A program made the translations under genes and the position numbers. Positions 1 through 15,595 of a DNA stretch of 64,000 bases are shown here, in pieces; the stretch's first letter is position 1, and the number at the start of each line of letters is the position of its first letter. The stretch is from the human T2T-CHM13v2.0 reference genome, Homo sapiens. The stretch lies in NCBI RefSeq assembly GCF_009914755.1, contig NC_060927.1, one strand, 5' to 3'. A model generated the notes under the pieces. The model searched no databases, was not told the origin of the DNA, and saw only the letters and a list, made by a program, of their open reading frames with translations.

Positions 1-245
1 TTACATTTAATATTTAATGTAACTGGTCTAGCAACATTAAGGGGGATTTCTGAAGCCAACTCCGGAGGCTGTGGGCTGCACATTTTGCACTGTTTTTATA
101 TACTTGTATTCATATCCTCTTATCACCTCAGACTCAGACACAAGGCCTTTTACATGGAAATTTTACAAATTACTTCCATTTATGTAAAATAACGTCCTGT
201 GACCAAGTTGTTTAAATGGAAAATAAAGTGCTTTCTTTAAGGAAA
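1..245 (+). other. ZDHHC23: 3' end (3'UTR with poly(A) site) of a convergent plus-strand gene, probably ZDHHC23
   Basis: AT-rich non-repeat sequence with AATAAA at 222-227, followed about 25 nt later by a GT/T-rich element (ggtgtttcttggagtgtct). The gene name rests only on recalled synteny with CCDC191; no coding sequence is visible. Confidence 0.45.
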
Positions 246-723
246 ATAGCTGGTGTTTCTTGGAGTGTCTCCTGAAGTCTTCTGATTTCTGAAAACCCTG
301 CATTATACCTGTGCTGCCTCTGTGGCTCCCTCAATGTCTCTATCCTGTGGCCCTGTCCCTAGCCCTAAACTGTTATGTTCCCGGTGGCAATTTCTCCAGT
401 TTTGTGGGTCAGGGATACTGCTTGTTGGGGCATTATGTTAACAGTAACATTTTGAAACATACTTTCATGATAGTCCAGCAAAAAACAGCATCAAAACTAT
501 TTCCATTGTATCTCTTTAGAAGGCTCTGTATTCGGTAAAAAGTCTAGCTGGCGCCATTGGAATATGGGCTGCTAAAGACTCAATTTCTAGTTGATGTTTG
601 AGGTGAGGCAAAAATAAAGCTAAGGTAGAAAACTTAAGCTTTGTGGGATTTATTTATGCGCCTGGCATGTTGACTTAAGGAACTCAACCTTATGTACAGG
701 CTTGGCATTTAAAGAAAACTGGT

Positions 724-1040
724 GGCTGGGTGTGGTGGCTCACTCCTGTAATCTCAGCACTTTGGGAGGCTGAGAGGATCACTTGAGCCCAGGAGTTCAA
801 GACTAGCCTGGGCAACATGGTGAAACTCCATCTCTACCAAAAAAAAAAAAAAAAAAAAAAAAAGTTAGCTGGGCATGTAATCCCAGCTATCTGAGAGGCT
901 GAGGTGGGAGGATCACCTGAGTCTGAGAGGTCCAGGATTCAGTGAGCCATAGTCAGGCCACTCTACCTCCAGCCTGAAGTACAGTGACAGAGTGAGACCC
1001 TGTCTCAAAACAAAAAAAACACAGAACAAACAAAATAATA
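724..1040 (+). mobile_element. Alu, AluJ-like, with expanded central A-tract
   Basis: Starts ggctgggtgtggtggctca; two monomers; A-rich tail; degenerate TSD aaaactggt/aaaattggt. Confidence 0.9.
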
Positions 1041-1399
1041 AAATTGGTATTTCATTTCCGGGTGCTAATATCAGCCAGTATTTTGTAAATGTACTGTAGT
1101 TAGGTTTAAACTGTTAGTGATTTTGATGGAAAGTGATGTATTATGAATTACTTTTAGTTACATTTTCTTTAGTGGCCATTCATCTTGAAAAACACAGGTT
1201 TTTTTTTTTTTTAAATGACAACTGTATAATCCTATTAAAGGAAAAGCTGTGTGGGAACAGCCATGTCGTAGAAGAAATAAAGTTCAATTCAAGGTGTTTG
1301 GTCATATCACACATCCTCCGTGATAAAAGTATCTTAAGTCGTGTAGCAGGTGGTACAGCTAGATATCCTTTCTAGGAAGTATGAGACAGTAACAAGAAC

Positions 1400-2418
1400 A
1401 TTCACTTAAAAAACCACAGAATTTTATTTTGTCAACTCAAATTTTCAGCACACCAAATAAGAGTAATCATCTCAGGACTGCACAGGACTTTCTCATTTTA
1501 CCATATGCATTTATGGACTACTTGAATTTGTTATATAATAAATGTGTATTTTATAATGAAAAATTATTTTTCTAGCAGGTAATTCTCTAACACAATTCAT
1601 AGAAGAGAGCATTTTATCAGTCTTTATAGCATCTTAAAGATGAAAACATTCTTTGAATTCAAGATAGGTATCTCAATATCTAGATCAAACTGAGCTGAGT
1701 ACTAGAAGACAAACTGAGTGTATTATTCAGCAGTTGCAGGTGGGAGCATGAACAGATAATTTAATGAATTGCTGGACTGTCATGATAGAGTTATTACCTT
1801 TTGGAATGTCCTTCATGCTTATCAAGGTGCACGGAAGAGAAGCATCTCTGGTGCCTCAGTTTCTCTGAAATCAGGATAAGCTGCTGTCCTCTGCAGCAGC
1901 TGTGTAGAGAACCTTTTCATACATGGTCTGCCTTCAGGGGTGGTGAAAGTGGACGAGGTCTGGTGGGGTGCGTGTCACTGATGCTACTGCACTAGAAGGC
2001 TGAGTGCCTTGGCCCGCCCTTCCTTTCCGAGCACTCACCCCTGTTTATTTCTGTTTCATTAAGGTCACATCAGCAACTCCTGTCGTGCTATACGGACACA
2101 TTTTCTTCACAGGCTCAGTCAGGCAAACACTTGTCCTTTTTAAAGTTTACTATGCTAAAAATATATAGGATATATTTGAACAGACGATCTCTAGAATGTT
2201 CCTTTGGATGATCCCACTGTGATAAATGCTATAGTGAATGACTAGCAATCCAGGAAAAGTCAAAGAAGGGAATAAAAATTCTCAAAATAATTCCTTTGAT
2301 CTAAGAAGTAGCTCGTAGAGAATAAACCAGGTGTATGTATGTATGTGTGTGGGTGGGTGGAGATAACACACATACAGACTAGTCGAGCTTCCTGTCCTAA
2401 ATATTACACTAATCTGGC
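1400..2418 (-). other. CCDC191: CCDC191 3'UTR
   Basis: Non-repeat sequence between the TGA (2419-2421) and a minus-strand AATAAA; cleavage site estimated. Confidence 0.7.
1423..1428 (-). terminator. Polyadenylation signal AATAAA of CCDC191
   Basis: tttatt on + strand; on - it is followed about 22 nt later by GU/U-rich TGTTCTTGTTACTGTCTC. A second candidate lies at 2044-2049. Confidence 0.65.
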
Positions 2419-2623
2419 TCATTCGTTCACCAGACTTGTCTTACTCAAGGACCAAGTATCTGATTGCTGATATAGCTCGTGGTACCTTCCAGGTACCTGG
2501 AAGTCTGGAAGAATTTCAACTACCTTCCTACGAAGTTGCTGTCGCCTTTCTTCTTTTACTCTTTCCTCTTTCATAAATTTTACAAACTTCTTCCATGTCC
2601 GAAGGGTGATCCAGAGGATCCTC
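2419..2623 (-). CDS. CCDC191: CCDC191 last coding exon (RILWITLRTWKKF...KTSLVNE*)
   Basis: Acceptor tttattcttaaag|G; 205 nt; phase matches the previous exon; ends in TGA at 2419-2421. Confidence 0.92.
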
Positions 2624-2844
2624 CTTTAAGAATAAAGAAGGAAAAAAGTGAAATGTTGAGAAAAAGTTGGCTTTCCATCTATAGCACATTAAGAACTTTA
2701 TAAAAATAATTCTTATGTTAATAAAATGCTGTATAAAAGGTGTGGAAATCACAATCGGGATTATGACAGTGTGAAATGCTGTGAAAAAAATAAGGCAACA
2801 AAAGGGAATGAGAGTGACTGATTGATTGATAGGTTATTTTTATT

Positions 2845-3184
<340 letters not shown>

Positions 3185-3589
3185 TGAAGGAAACTGAGGA
3201 GGTGACATTTGAGCAGAGCACCAAATGGCTTCCAGTAACCCAAGCTACGAGGCACACTCCTGAGTTGATCTGATTATAGCATACATATTGTACCCATGCC
3301 AGGACCAGTGATGCTGGCAAGGGATCCAGAAACCACAACCCTCAACGCAAAAATGATGGAAAATTGCGTGCAGAATGTGCCAAAGTTACAGGCATTGAGG
3401 CCTCAGTGCGTAGACATATTTTAAAAGCCTGCTGGTAACCTGACCTCCAACAGCAGCAATAACAACAAAGAACCAGTCTTGAATATCAGTTGAGAAAAAA
3501 TACCCTAACATCAGGTTCTGGAAACATGGTATGGAAGACTGTTTAAGTGAGTGTCTGTGCTGTCACAGGGAAGCATGCAATGGCCTTTT

Positions 3590-3910
3590 AGGATTTATTA
3601 GTGTCCACCACAGCTGAACACTAGGGGCATCAAGGTAAGCCAGGTACCGTCTGCCCCGGGAGAGGCTGAAACAGGTGACCAGAGTTTCCATACAGTGGGA
3701 AGGTACAGCAGTGGAGAGCAGCACAGAGGACTACCCAGTCTGGTGGTGAGGAGCAGACCTTTTTGAAGATGATGTCTGAACTGAATTTTTGTCAGGCAAA
3801 GAAAAGGCTTTCCTAGAGGAGAGCACATCTTGAGTAAAGGCAACGAAGCGAGAATAGCATGCCGTGGTGTGTGTGTGGAGTTACAGTGTTGAAACGAAGT
3901 GCAGAGTAGT
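3590..3910 (-). mobile_element. L2 LINE 3' fragment
   Basis: Degenerate L2-like motifs (atttattagtg..., gatgtctgaactgaa). Confidence 0.5.
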
Positions 3911-3995
3911 TAAGCTTATATTTTCACAACTATAGGCAGAGATGGGATTTGTTCTGGCCTCTTGACCATCTGAGGGAGTCCCAGAATGCACATCA

Positions 3996-4392
<397 letters not shown>

Positions 4393-4633
4393 GGCTCCAA
4401 GGAATGGATTTACTTCATTGCTTGCTTTTATCCATTCAGTCCACCATTTACAGCTTCCTGTGCTCGGCTGTGGGCACACTCCCAGTCCTTGACCCTGTCT
4501 CCCATTCTCAGCCATTCACATCTCTCTTTTGGCTACACTCCTGTTCTCTGACGTCTGCATTTTAGCTCCTGCTGTTCTACCCTAACTGAAAAATGTTCTC
4601 CCCTTTGGGTGAAATCTTCCTAGATCATCCTTG

Positions 4634-4696
4634 CCTACATTTCTCTTTCTTTCCCTACATTTCTCTTTCTTTCCCTACATTTCTCTTTCTTTCCCT
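4634..4696 (+). repeat. 20-bp tandem repeat x3 (cctacatttctctttctttc)
   Basis: Three consecutive copies visible directly. Confidence 0.9.
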
Positions 4697-5724
4697 GAAC
4701 TCCTAAAACATATTCATGATCACTGGTTTGGCACTTATTTATAGCCTATCTATAGCTATCTTTTTATAATATTTTTATTGATACATAATATACATATTTT
4801 GGGGGTACATGTAATTTTATACATTCATGTAATGTGTAAAGATCAAATCAGGGTATTTGGGATATCCATCACCTTAAATATTTATCTTTTATTTACCATG
4901 GGGACATTCAAGTTATTCTCTTCTGGTTATTTTGAAATGCACAATAGGTTATTATTAACTATAGTCATCCTACTGATCTATTGAACATTAGGCCTTATTG
5001 CTTCTATCTAACTGTATATTGTACCCATTAATCAACCTCTCTTCATCCACCTCCCAACCTCTACCCTTTCCAGCCTCTGGTAACCACCAATGTATTCTCT
5101 ATCTTCATGAGATTCACATTTTTTAGCTCTCCCACATGAGTAAGAACATGTATTTGTCTTTCTGTGCTTGACTTATTTCACTTAACACAGTGACCTCCAG
5201 TTCTATCCATGTTGCTGCAAATGACAGGATTTCATTCTTTTTCATTACTAATATTCCATTTTGTGTATATACCATATTTTCTTTATGCATTTATCCACTG
5301 ATGGGTGCTCAGGTTGATTCCATATTTTGGCTATTGTGAACAGTGCTGTAATAATCACGGACATGCAAATATCTCTTGGATGTATTGATTTCCTTTCTTT
5401 TGGAGATATACCTATTAGTGGAATTGCTGGATCATATGGTAGTTCTAATTTTAGTTTTTTCAGGAATCTCCATTCTGTTCTCTATAATGGCTGTACTAAT
5501 TTACACTCCCACCAACACTGTGTGAGGGTTTCCCTTTCTCCATATCCTCACCAGCATCTGTTATTCACTGTCTTTGATAAAAGCCATTTTACTGGCATAA
5601 GATGATATCGCATTGTGGTTTTGATTTGGATTTCTCTGATAATTAGTGATGCTGAGCATTTTATCATACACTTTTTGGCCACTTGTATATCTTTTGAGAA
5701 ATGTCTATTTAGATCTTCCCCCCC

Positions 5725-6033
<309 letters not shown>

Positions 6034-6102
6034 TAAATTGGATTTTTTTTTGCTATTGTTTGAGTTCCTTACATATTCTAGTTATTAATCCCTTGTCAGA
6101 TG

Positions 6103-6528
6103 GCATTTTAGTCCACTTGTGTTGCTATAAAGGAACACCTGAGGCTGGGTAATTTATTTAAAAAAAGAGGTTTATTGGACTTGCAGTTTTGCCAGCTGTA
6201 CAAGAAGTATGGCACTAGCATCTGTTTCTAATGAGGACTTCAGGCTGCTTCCAGTCATGATGGAAGGGGAGCTATCATGTGCAGAGATCCAATGGCAAGA
6301 GAGGAAAGCAAAGAAAAAGGGGGAGGGAGGTGCCAGGTTCTTTTTAACAACCAGCTCTTCCGTAACTAATAGAGTGAGAATGCACTCATTTACAGAGGAT
6401 GGCATTAAGCCATTCATTAAGCAATCCATCTCCATGACCCAAATACCTCCCATTAGACTCCACTTCCGTCCAACATTGAGGATCAGATTTCAACATGAGG
6501 TGCAGGGGACAAACATCCAAACTATACA
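6103..6528 (-). mobile_element. MST (ERVL-MaLR) solo LTR inside the L1
   Basis: ttagtccacttgtgttgctataaaggaacacctgaggctgggtaattt ... catccaaactataca splits the L1 motif gtcagatgg/cagtttgcaaat. Confidence 0.85.
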
Positions 6529-7600
6529 GACAGTTTGCAAATACTCTCTCTCTCTTTCTGTGGGTTATCTCTTCACTTGATTGTTTCCTTTGCTGTGCAG
6601 AAACTTTTTAGCTTGATGTAATCCCAGTTGTCTATTTTTGCTTTGGTTGTCTGTGCTTTTGAGGTCTTACACAAAAAATCTTTGGCCAGACCAGTGGCCT
6701 GGAGCATTGTCTCAATGTTTTCTTCTAGTAGTCTCATAGTTTCTGGACTTAGATTTAAATCTGTAACCCATTTGGATTTGATTTTTGTGTATGGTGAGAG
6801 AAAGGGGTCTCATTTCATTCTTCTGCATATAGTTCTCCTGTTTTTCCAGCACCATTTATTAAAAGAGTGTCCTTTCCCCATTTTATGTTCTTGGCACTTT
6901 TGTCAAAGATGAGTTGGTTGTAAATGTGTGGATTTAAATCTGGGTTCTCTATTCTATTTCATTGGTCTATATGCCTGTTTTTATGCCAGTACCAAGCTGT
7001 TTTGGTTACTATAGCTTTGTAGTAAATTTTGAAGTCAGGTAGTGTGATACCTAGAGCTTTGTTCTTTTTGCTTAGTGTTGCTTTGGCTATTCAGGGTCTT
7101 CTGTGGTTTCATATAAATATTAGGAATTTTTTTTCTATTTCCGTGAAGAATGTTGTTGGTATTTTGATAGAGATTGCATTGAATCTGTAAATTGCTTTGG
7201 GTAGTATTGCCATTTTAACTATAAGAAGTCTTCCAGTGCAGGAGCATGGCATATCTTTCTATATGTTTGTGTCCTCTTCAATTTCTTTCCTCAGTGTTTT
7301 ATAGTTCTCAGTATATAGATCTTTCACTTCCTTGGTTAAAGTGGTTCCCAGGTATTTTATTTTCTTTGTAGCTAGTTAAGGTGGGATTGTTTTCTTCTTT
7401 TTCAGATTGTTCACTGTTGGTGTATATATTAATAAATGCTGCTGATTTTTGAATGTTGATTTTGTATGCTGCAACTTTACTGAATTTGTTTGTCAGATCT
7501 AACAGTTTTTTTTGGTGGAGTCTTTAGGTTTTTCTAAGTATAAGAGCATGTCATCCGTAAACAAGGCTAATTTAGCTTCTTCCTTTTCAATTTGGATACA

Positions 7601-7724
7601 TTTTTTTTAAAGACAGGGTTTCTCTGTCACCCAGGCTGGTCTTGAACCCTTGGCCTCAAGTGATCCTTCCATAGTGGCCTCCCAAAGCCCTGGGATTACA
7701 GCCATGAGCCATCACATCTGGCCT
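7601..7724 (-). mobile_element. Alu monomer (FLAM-like)
   Basis: Single reverse left monomer. Confidence 0.75.
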
Positions 7725-7835
7725 GGATGCCCTTATTTTTTTCTCTTGTCTAACTGCTCTGGCAAGGACTTGCAGTATTATATTGAATAAAAGTGCTGAA
7801 AGTGGGCATTTTGGTCCTGGCCAGGATGTTGATTT

Positions 7836-8650
7836 TTCTTTTTTATTATACTTTAAGTTTTAGGGTACATGTGCACAACATGCAGGTTTGTTACATATGT
7901 ATACATGTGTCATGTTGGTGTGCTGCACCCATTAACTCATCATTTAACATTAGGTATATCTCCTAATGCTATCCCTCCCCGTCCCCCCACCCCACAGCAG
8001 ACCCCGGTGTGTGATGTTCCCCTTCCTGTGTCCATGTGTTCTCATTGTCCAATTCCCACCTATGAGTGAGAACATGCGGTGTTTGGGTTTTTGTCCTTGC
8101 GATAGTTTGCTGAGAATGACGGTTTCCAGCTTCATCCATGTCCCTACAAAGGACATGAACTCATCATTTTTTATGGCTGCTTAGTATTCCATGGTGTATA
8201 TGTGCCACATTTTCTTAATCCAGTCTATCATTGTTGGACATTTGGGTTGGTTCCAAGTCTTTGCTATTGTGAATAGTGCCGCAATAAACATGTGTGCATG
8301 TGTCTTTATAGCAGCATGATTTATAATCCTTTGGGTATATACCCAGTAACGGGATGGGTGGGTCAAATGGTATTTCTAGTTCTAGATCCCTGAGGAATCA
8401 CCACACTGATTTCCACAATGATTGAACTAGTTTACAGTCCCACCAACAGTGTAAAAGTGTTCCTATTTCTCCACATCCTCTCCAGCACCTGTTGTTTCCT
8501 GACTTTTTAATGATCGCCATTCTAACTGGTGTGAGATGGTATCTCATTGTGGTTTTGATTTGCATTTCTCTGATGGCCAGTGATGATGAGCATTTTTTCT
8601 TGTGTCTTTTGGCTGCATAAATGTCTTCTTTTGAGAAGTGTCTGTTCATA
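7836..8650 (-). mobile_element. Young L1PA 3' fragment (ORF2 C-terminus plus 3'UTR)
   Basis: ORF 8398..8649 gives [23 protein letters not shown]; ttattatactttaagttttagggtac 3' end; approximate TSD gatgttga(a)tttt. Confidence 0.93.
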
Positions 8651-11497
8651 CAGATGTTGAATTTTATTGAATGCCTTTTTGGACATCTCTTGAAATAATT
8701 ATATGGCTTTTGTTCTTGGTTCTGTTAATGTGATGTATCATGTTTATTGATTTGCATAAGTTGAACCATCCTTGGATCCCTGGGATAAATCCCACTTGAT
8801 CATGGTGAATGTTCTTTTCAACGTGTTATTGAATTTGGTTTGCCGGTATTTGGTTGAAGATTTTGCATTTGTGTTCATCAGGGATATGTAGTTTTCTTTT
8901 TTCTTATCATGTCCTTGTTTGGTTTTGGTATCAGGCTAATGCTGGCCTGATAGAATAAGTATGGAAGTATTCCCTCCTCTTCAGTTTTTTTTTGAAGAAA
9001 TTGAGTAGAATTTGTATTAGTTCTTCTTTAAAAGTTTGGTACAATTTAGCAGTTTGAAGCCATTAGGACCTGGGCTTTTCTTTTAGGTGAGACTTTTTAA
9101 TTACAGCTTCAATCTCATTACTTATTAGTGGTTTGTTGAGGTTTTCTGTTTCTTCATCATTCAATCTTGGTAGGTTTTATCTGTCTAGAAATTTATCCAT
9201 TTCTTCTATGTTTTCCAGTTTATTGATATATAGGTGTTCATAATAGTCTCTAGTGATTCTTTGTATTTTTGATGTCTCAGTTGTTATGTCTCCTTTTTCA
9301 TTTCTGATTTTGAGTCAGAAAAAGTCTCAATTCATTTATTTCTGCTTAGATTTATATTATTTCCTTTCTTCTAATAATTTGGGGTTTGGTTTGTTCTTGC
9401 TTTTCTATATTTCCTTGAGGAGCATAGTTGACTTATTTTTTGAAGTCTGTCAACTTTTTTGATGTGTTTATTGCTATAAACTTCTCTCTTAAAAGAAGTT
9501 ACTGCTTTTACTATAACCTATAGATTTTGATCTATGATATTTCCATTTTCATTGGTTTCAAGAAATTTTTAAATTTTTTCTTAATTTCTTCATTGACCCA
9601 TTGGTTGTTCAGGAGCATGTTGTTTAATTTCCTTCTATCTGTGTAGCTTCTGAAGTTCCTCTTACTGATTCCTAATTTTATTCTATTGTGGTCAGAATAG
9701 ATACTTGATACAATTTCTGTTTTTTGAATTTGTTGAGAGTTGTTTTGTGGCCTAAGATATGGTCTTATTATGGAGGATGTTCCATGTGCTGATAAAAAGA
9801 ATGTGTATTCTTCAACAGCTGGATAAAATATTCTTTAAATGTCAGACCTATTTGGCCTGGTTTCTGGTTTAAGTTTGATGTTTCCTTGCTGATTTTCTTC
9901 TGGATAATTTGTCCACTACTGAGAGTGGCGTGTTGAAGTCCCCTATGATTGTATTGCAGTTATCTCTCCCTTTATTGTTTGCTTTATATACTTGGGTGCT
10001 TGATGTTGAGTGCATAGATATTTATAATTGTTATATCCTCTTGCTGAATTGACCTCTTTATCATTATATAATGACCTTTCTTTATTTCTCTTTATAGTCT
10101 TTGACTTGTAGTCAGTTTTATCTGATATAAGTATAGCTATTCCTGCTGTGTTTTTGGTTTCTACTTGCTTGGAATGTCTTTTTCTATCTCTTTCAGTCTA
10201 TGTATGTCTTTACAGGTGAAGTAGGTGTCTTATAGGCAGCATACAGTTGGATCTTGTTTCTTTATCCATCAGCCACTCTATGTCTTTTAATTGGAGAACT
10301 GAGTCCATTTATATTCAGTTATTGATAAGTAAGGACTTACTATGGCAATTTTTTCTTTCCTTGTTTGCTGGTTGTTTTGTAACTCCTGTCTTCCTTTCTT
10401 ACTGTTTTCCCTTGTGGCAAAACGATTTTCTCAGGTAGTATGTTTTAATTTCTTGCCTTTTCTTTTTAGAAATCCCCCAACATTTTGACTTTTTCTTGTT
10501 TTAGTTTCCATGTTTTATATTACCTCTTAGCAGGCTGCTGTAGCTATTACTGTTTTTGCTAGATGTGTCTTTCTGGCTTCATACTAGAGTTATGAGTTGA
10601 TTGCACACCACAATTACAGTATTAGAGTATTCTGGGTTTGTTCATGTACTTAATTTTATCAGTAGGTTTTCTACTGTCAACTGTTTTCTTTTTGTGTTAG
10701 TGTTTTTTTCTTTCAGATTGAAGAACTCCCTTTAACATTTCTTGTAAGATGGGTCTGGTGGTGGTGAATTCTCTCAGCATTTGTTTTTCTGAGAAAAACT
10801 TTCTCTATCCTTCATATTTGAAAGATGGCTTTGCTGGATACAGTATTCTTGGATGGCAGGTTTTTTTTTTTTCTTTTTTCTTTCAGCACTTTGAAAATCT
10901 CATCCTGCTGTCTCCTGGCCTATACCGTTTCTGCTGAGAAGTCTGTTGCCAGATGAATTGGAGCTTCATTATATGTTATTTGCCTCTTTTCTCCTATTGC
11001 TTTTAGGATCCTCTTTGTCCTTGACGTTTGAGAGTTTAGGTCAAATCTGTTTGGTTTCTCTGACTTTCCTATACGTGGATATGTCTTTGTCAAGTTTTGG
11101 AAAGTTTCCTATTTTTATTTCTTTGGATAAGCTTTCTACCCCTTGTTCTCATTCAAGTCCCCCTTCAACACCAGTAATTTTTAGATATGATCTTCTGAGG
11201 TAATTTTCTATATCTTGTAGGCTGTCTTCATTCCTTTTCTTTTTTCTTTTCTCTTCTGATAGCATATTTTCAAGTGGCTTGTCTTTGGGCTCACTAATTC
11301 TTTCCACTGCTTGATCCATTTGGCTGTTGAAAACATCTAATGATTTTTCAGTTCAGCAAATATATTTCTCAGTTCCAAGATTTGTTTGACTTTTTAAATC
11401 TTTGTTAAATTTATCTGAAAAATTTCTGAATTGCTTTTCTTTGTTATCTTGAAGATCACTGGGTTTCCTTAAAACTGCTATTTTGAATGTTGGTTAG

Positions 11498-11882
<385 letters not shown>

Positions 11883-12739
11883 AACTCGCTGTTGTTTCTT
11901 GTGGATATATGTCTATGCCTTTGCACTGAAGGATTATTTATTTATTTCAGTCTTCTGTGTCTGGCTTGTTTGGTTTTCAGTGGGTATGTTTGATTAGAGA
12001 TTGTTTGTAATTTACCTGTTTAATTTCTTTTTTGTTCTCCTGCTATGTGGCTGCCTCCTTTTTGGCACTAGATGGTGCTTTAATCCCTGGTTCATCTTGG
12101 CTCTAGTAAACCTTTCTCTTGCTCTCTCAATCTCTCTCTTTCTCTCTAATCTTTTATGTTTTCTACTAAATTATGAGCACCAGGGGCCATGTTATTAGGT
12201 ATTTTTTTATGCTTGGTAAATATGTCTTGATAATTACATGTGGGTGTATTGTATAATAAGTATGATTTAAGTCACCAAGGTAAGGGTTCTTAAGCTGGGT
12301 CCCATAAACTCCTTGACATGTTGTGTAAAGTTGTATGTTATATGCATGTATGCATTTTCTGGGGTGTAGGTCTGTGACTTTCATTACTACCTACTTCATG
12401 TTCATACTGTGGTTAAGAACTATGGTAGCAAGACAATATCAGACATATTATAAATACTGATCCAGCTCAGCTAGATTTATAAAATTATCCGGAAGTGATA
12501 CAGATATGTAAGATTACAAGTTATGTTCTTATTGAGAATCATCTTTCTCGATGTTATTGCAGCTTAAAGGTCAGGCTTAAGACCAATAGATGTCTCTCCT
12601 TCCTTTCATCCACAGCTCTTCTATATGGTATTATTTCATTCATATAAAATTGAATATGAACTCTGAATATCAATTTTTTAATGTTAAAGCCCCTTTTAAA
12701 GACTGGTGACCTTAAATATTAGTGTCATTCCTGCAATAA

Positions 12740-13110
12740 AGTTCATCTATTCATACATTTACCAAATATTTACTGTGTTACCTATGTACTGAGCGCTGTC
12801 ATATACTGAGAACACAGTAATGAGCAAGATGTGGTGCTTCCACTCTGTTTAACATGTAAACAGTAAATTATATACTTTCAGAGAGTCTTAAGTGCTGTGA
12901 AGGAAGTAGGGCAGTTTAATGGATAGACAGTGATGCAAGTAGGGTGGTTAGGGAGGTGACATTTAAGCAGAGAGCTAAATGATGAGATCAGGTTATGTGA
13001 AAGCTCTGAAGCAGAAGTGAGCTTTGTTTGTCTAAGAAACATTATAGGAGGCCAGTGGGGCCAGAACATGGTAAACAAAAAGCAAAGTGGGAAGAGATGA
13101 AATCACAGCA
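12740..13110 (-). mobile_element. L2 3' fragment
   Basis: ttcatacatttaccaaatatttactg...ggaggtgacatttaagcagag motifs. Confidence 0.65.
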
Positions 13111-13239
13111 ATGCTTTTATATCAAGTAGACATTGGCTGAGAATTTGGTTCTTGTTGATTGCATGGATTCCTACATTGATTTCACAACTTCAAATCCTAA
13201 ATAGGATGACTATCTTACTATTTTATAGTCTAAAAATGA

Positions 13240-14130
<891 letters not shown>

Positions 14131-14366
14131 AAAGGGAGGTCCTCTGAATGCCCTCACTTATTGCTTATTTGTTTTAATTTAAACAAAACTATAATCAACT
14201 TGCTTATCTGTTTTCCCACTCCACTGATTTCCAGTATCTGTGAATTAAACAAGGACAAACAGGTTTTGGTGGAGGTAGGCACCCTCATGGCAATAAGATA
14301 GGAACACTATTACAAGGAACAGAAATAAACACCCATGCACAAACATGCAAATAAAAAGAAAACAGC

Positions 14367-14540
14367 ACCAGTCAACATGGTGAAACCCTGTTTCTACTAA
14401 AAAGACAAAAATTAGCCGGGTGTCGTGGTGTGTGCCTGTAATCCTAGCTACTTGGCGGGCTGAGGCATGAGAATTGCGTGAACCCAGGAGGCAGAGGTTG
14501 CAGTATCATGCCACTGCACTTCAGCCCGGGCAACAGAGTA
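14367..14540 (+). mobile_element. Partial Alu, truncated at both ends
   Basis: Begins at caacatggtgaaacc and ends at ggcaacagagt with no A tail. Confidence 0.85.
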
Positions 14541-15449
14541 ATGTTGAGAAAAGGGGCATTTTTATACACCCACACAACAGTCTTCATACCTCAAAAAAGC
14601 TGGAGGCATCACTGAATACACCCGGCACACTAACTGATGCTCATAATGACACCAAATCACCACTCTTAAAGGGAAGTGCATAATGAAATTAAGAACATTC
14701 TGTCCAAATGCTTAAAATTAGAAAACAAATATAAAACTTACTTATACAGAATACCTTATTTCTCAAAGACAACTGGATTAAATAAAACATAACTGTATTT
14801 TAAATATTAATATGGCATATAGTATGATTCCATGTATATAAAGTTCCAAACCAGGAAAAACTATAGCATTGAAGGCTGCATACTTAGGAGAAAAGTAAAA
14901 AGAAAAGCAAATGTTCATTGTAAATGTCAGGAGAGTAGTTTAAGAGAGACTTGGGAAGGAGCCTGTGCGACAGCAATGTTCAACGTTTTGACCTCAGTGG
15001 TGGTAACAAAGGGTGTCCACTTTACAGTCATTCGTTAAGCTGTATTTGTATGATTTAAGCACTTTTCTATATTTGTCGTACATTTCACAATAAATGATGT
15101 TGAAAGAGAAACTGAACTTAAAAAATAAAACTATATTTGACTAACAAAGAATACAGTACTTTTGCTTAGGTGTGTTTCATATAGGTCACATCATTTTATT
15201 CTCTTGGCAGTTTCCGTGAGGTAGAAAGGGCAGGCCTCCTCCTCCTCCCACTTCTCTTTTTAAAGATGGAACCCTGGAGTCCCAGGGGGTTTATTACATT
15301 GCTGGTGAGCCGGGACTCCCACCCCTGACTGGTGTTTCCCCGCTCTCCTAGCCTCCAGCTCATCTCTGCAGACACATTGTAGGAGCAGAATATATTGCTG
15401 AGCAATTGTGAAGTCAGAGAGTGAATTTTCCTCACTATCAAAACCTCAC

Positions 15450-15595
15450 CTGTCACTGTGCTCCGCTGCAATCTCATGCTTGCCCTGAGAATCGATCTTC
15501 ACCTCCCTGACCATGTTAAACCAGGCCCTGAAAATCTTCTTTTGAAGAAAATGTACACAAAATTTTCTTACTTCTTCCTGCAGATCAATCACGTA
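15450..15595 (-). CDS. CCDC191: CCDC191 coding exon (YVIDLQEE...AEHSDR)
   Basis: catccccag|TAC ... GACAG|gtgagg; 146 nt, phase 0 to 2. Confidence 0.93.

Noticed and set aside
2486-2503. Perfect 18-bp palindrome cttccaggtacctggaag in the last coding exon
   Set aside because: Expected about 0.2 times by chance in 64 kb (4^-9 x 64000); no other support.
4634-4696. Short direct repeats as a CRISPR-like array
   Set aside because: Head-to-tail copies without spacers, eukaryotic context, no cas genes.
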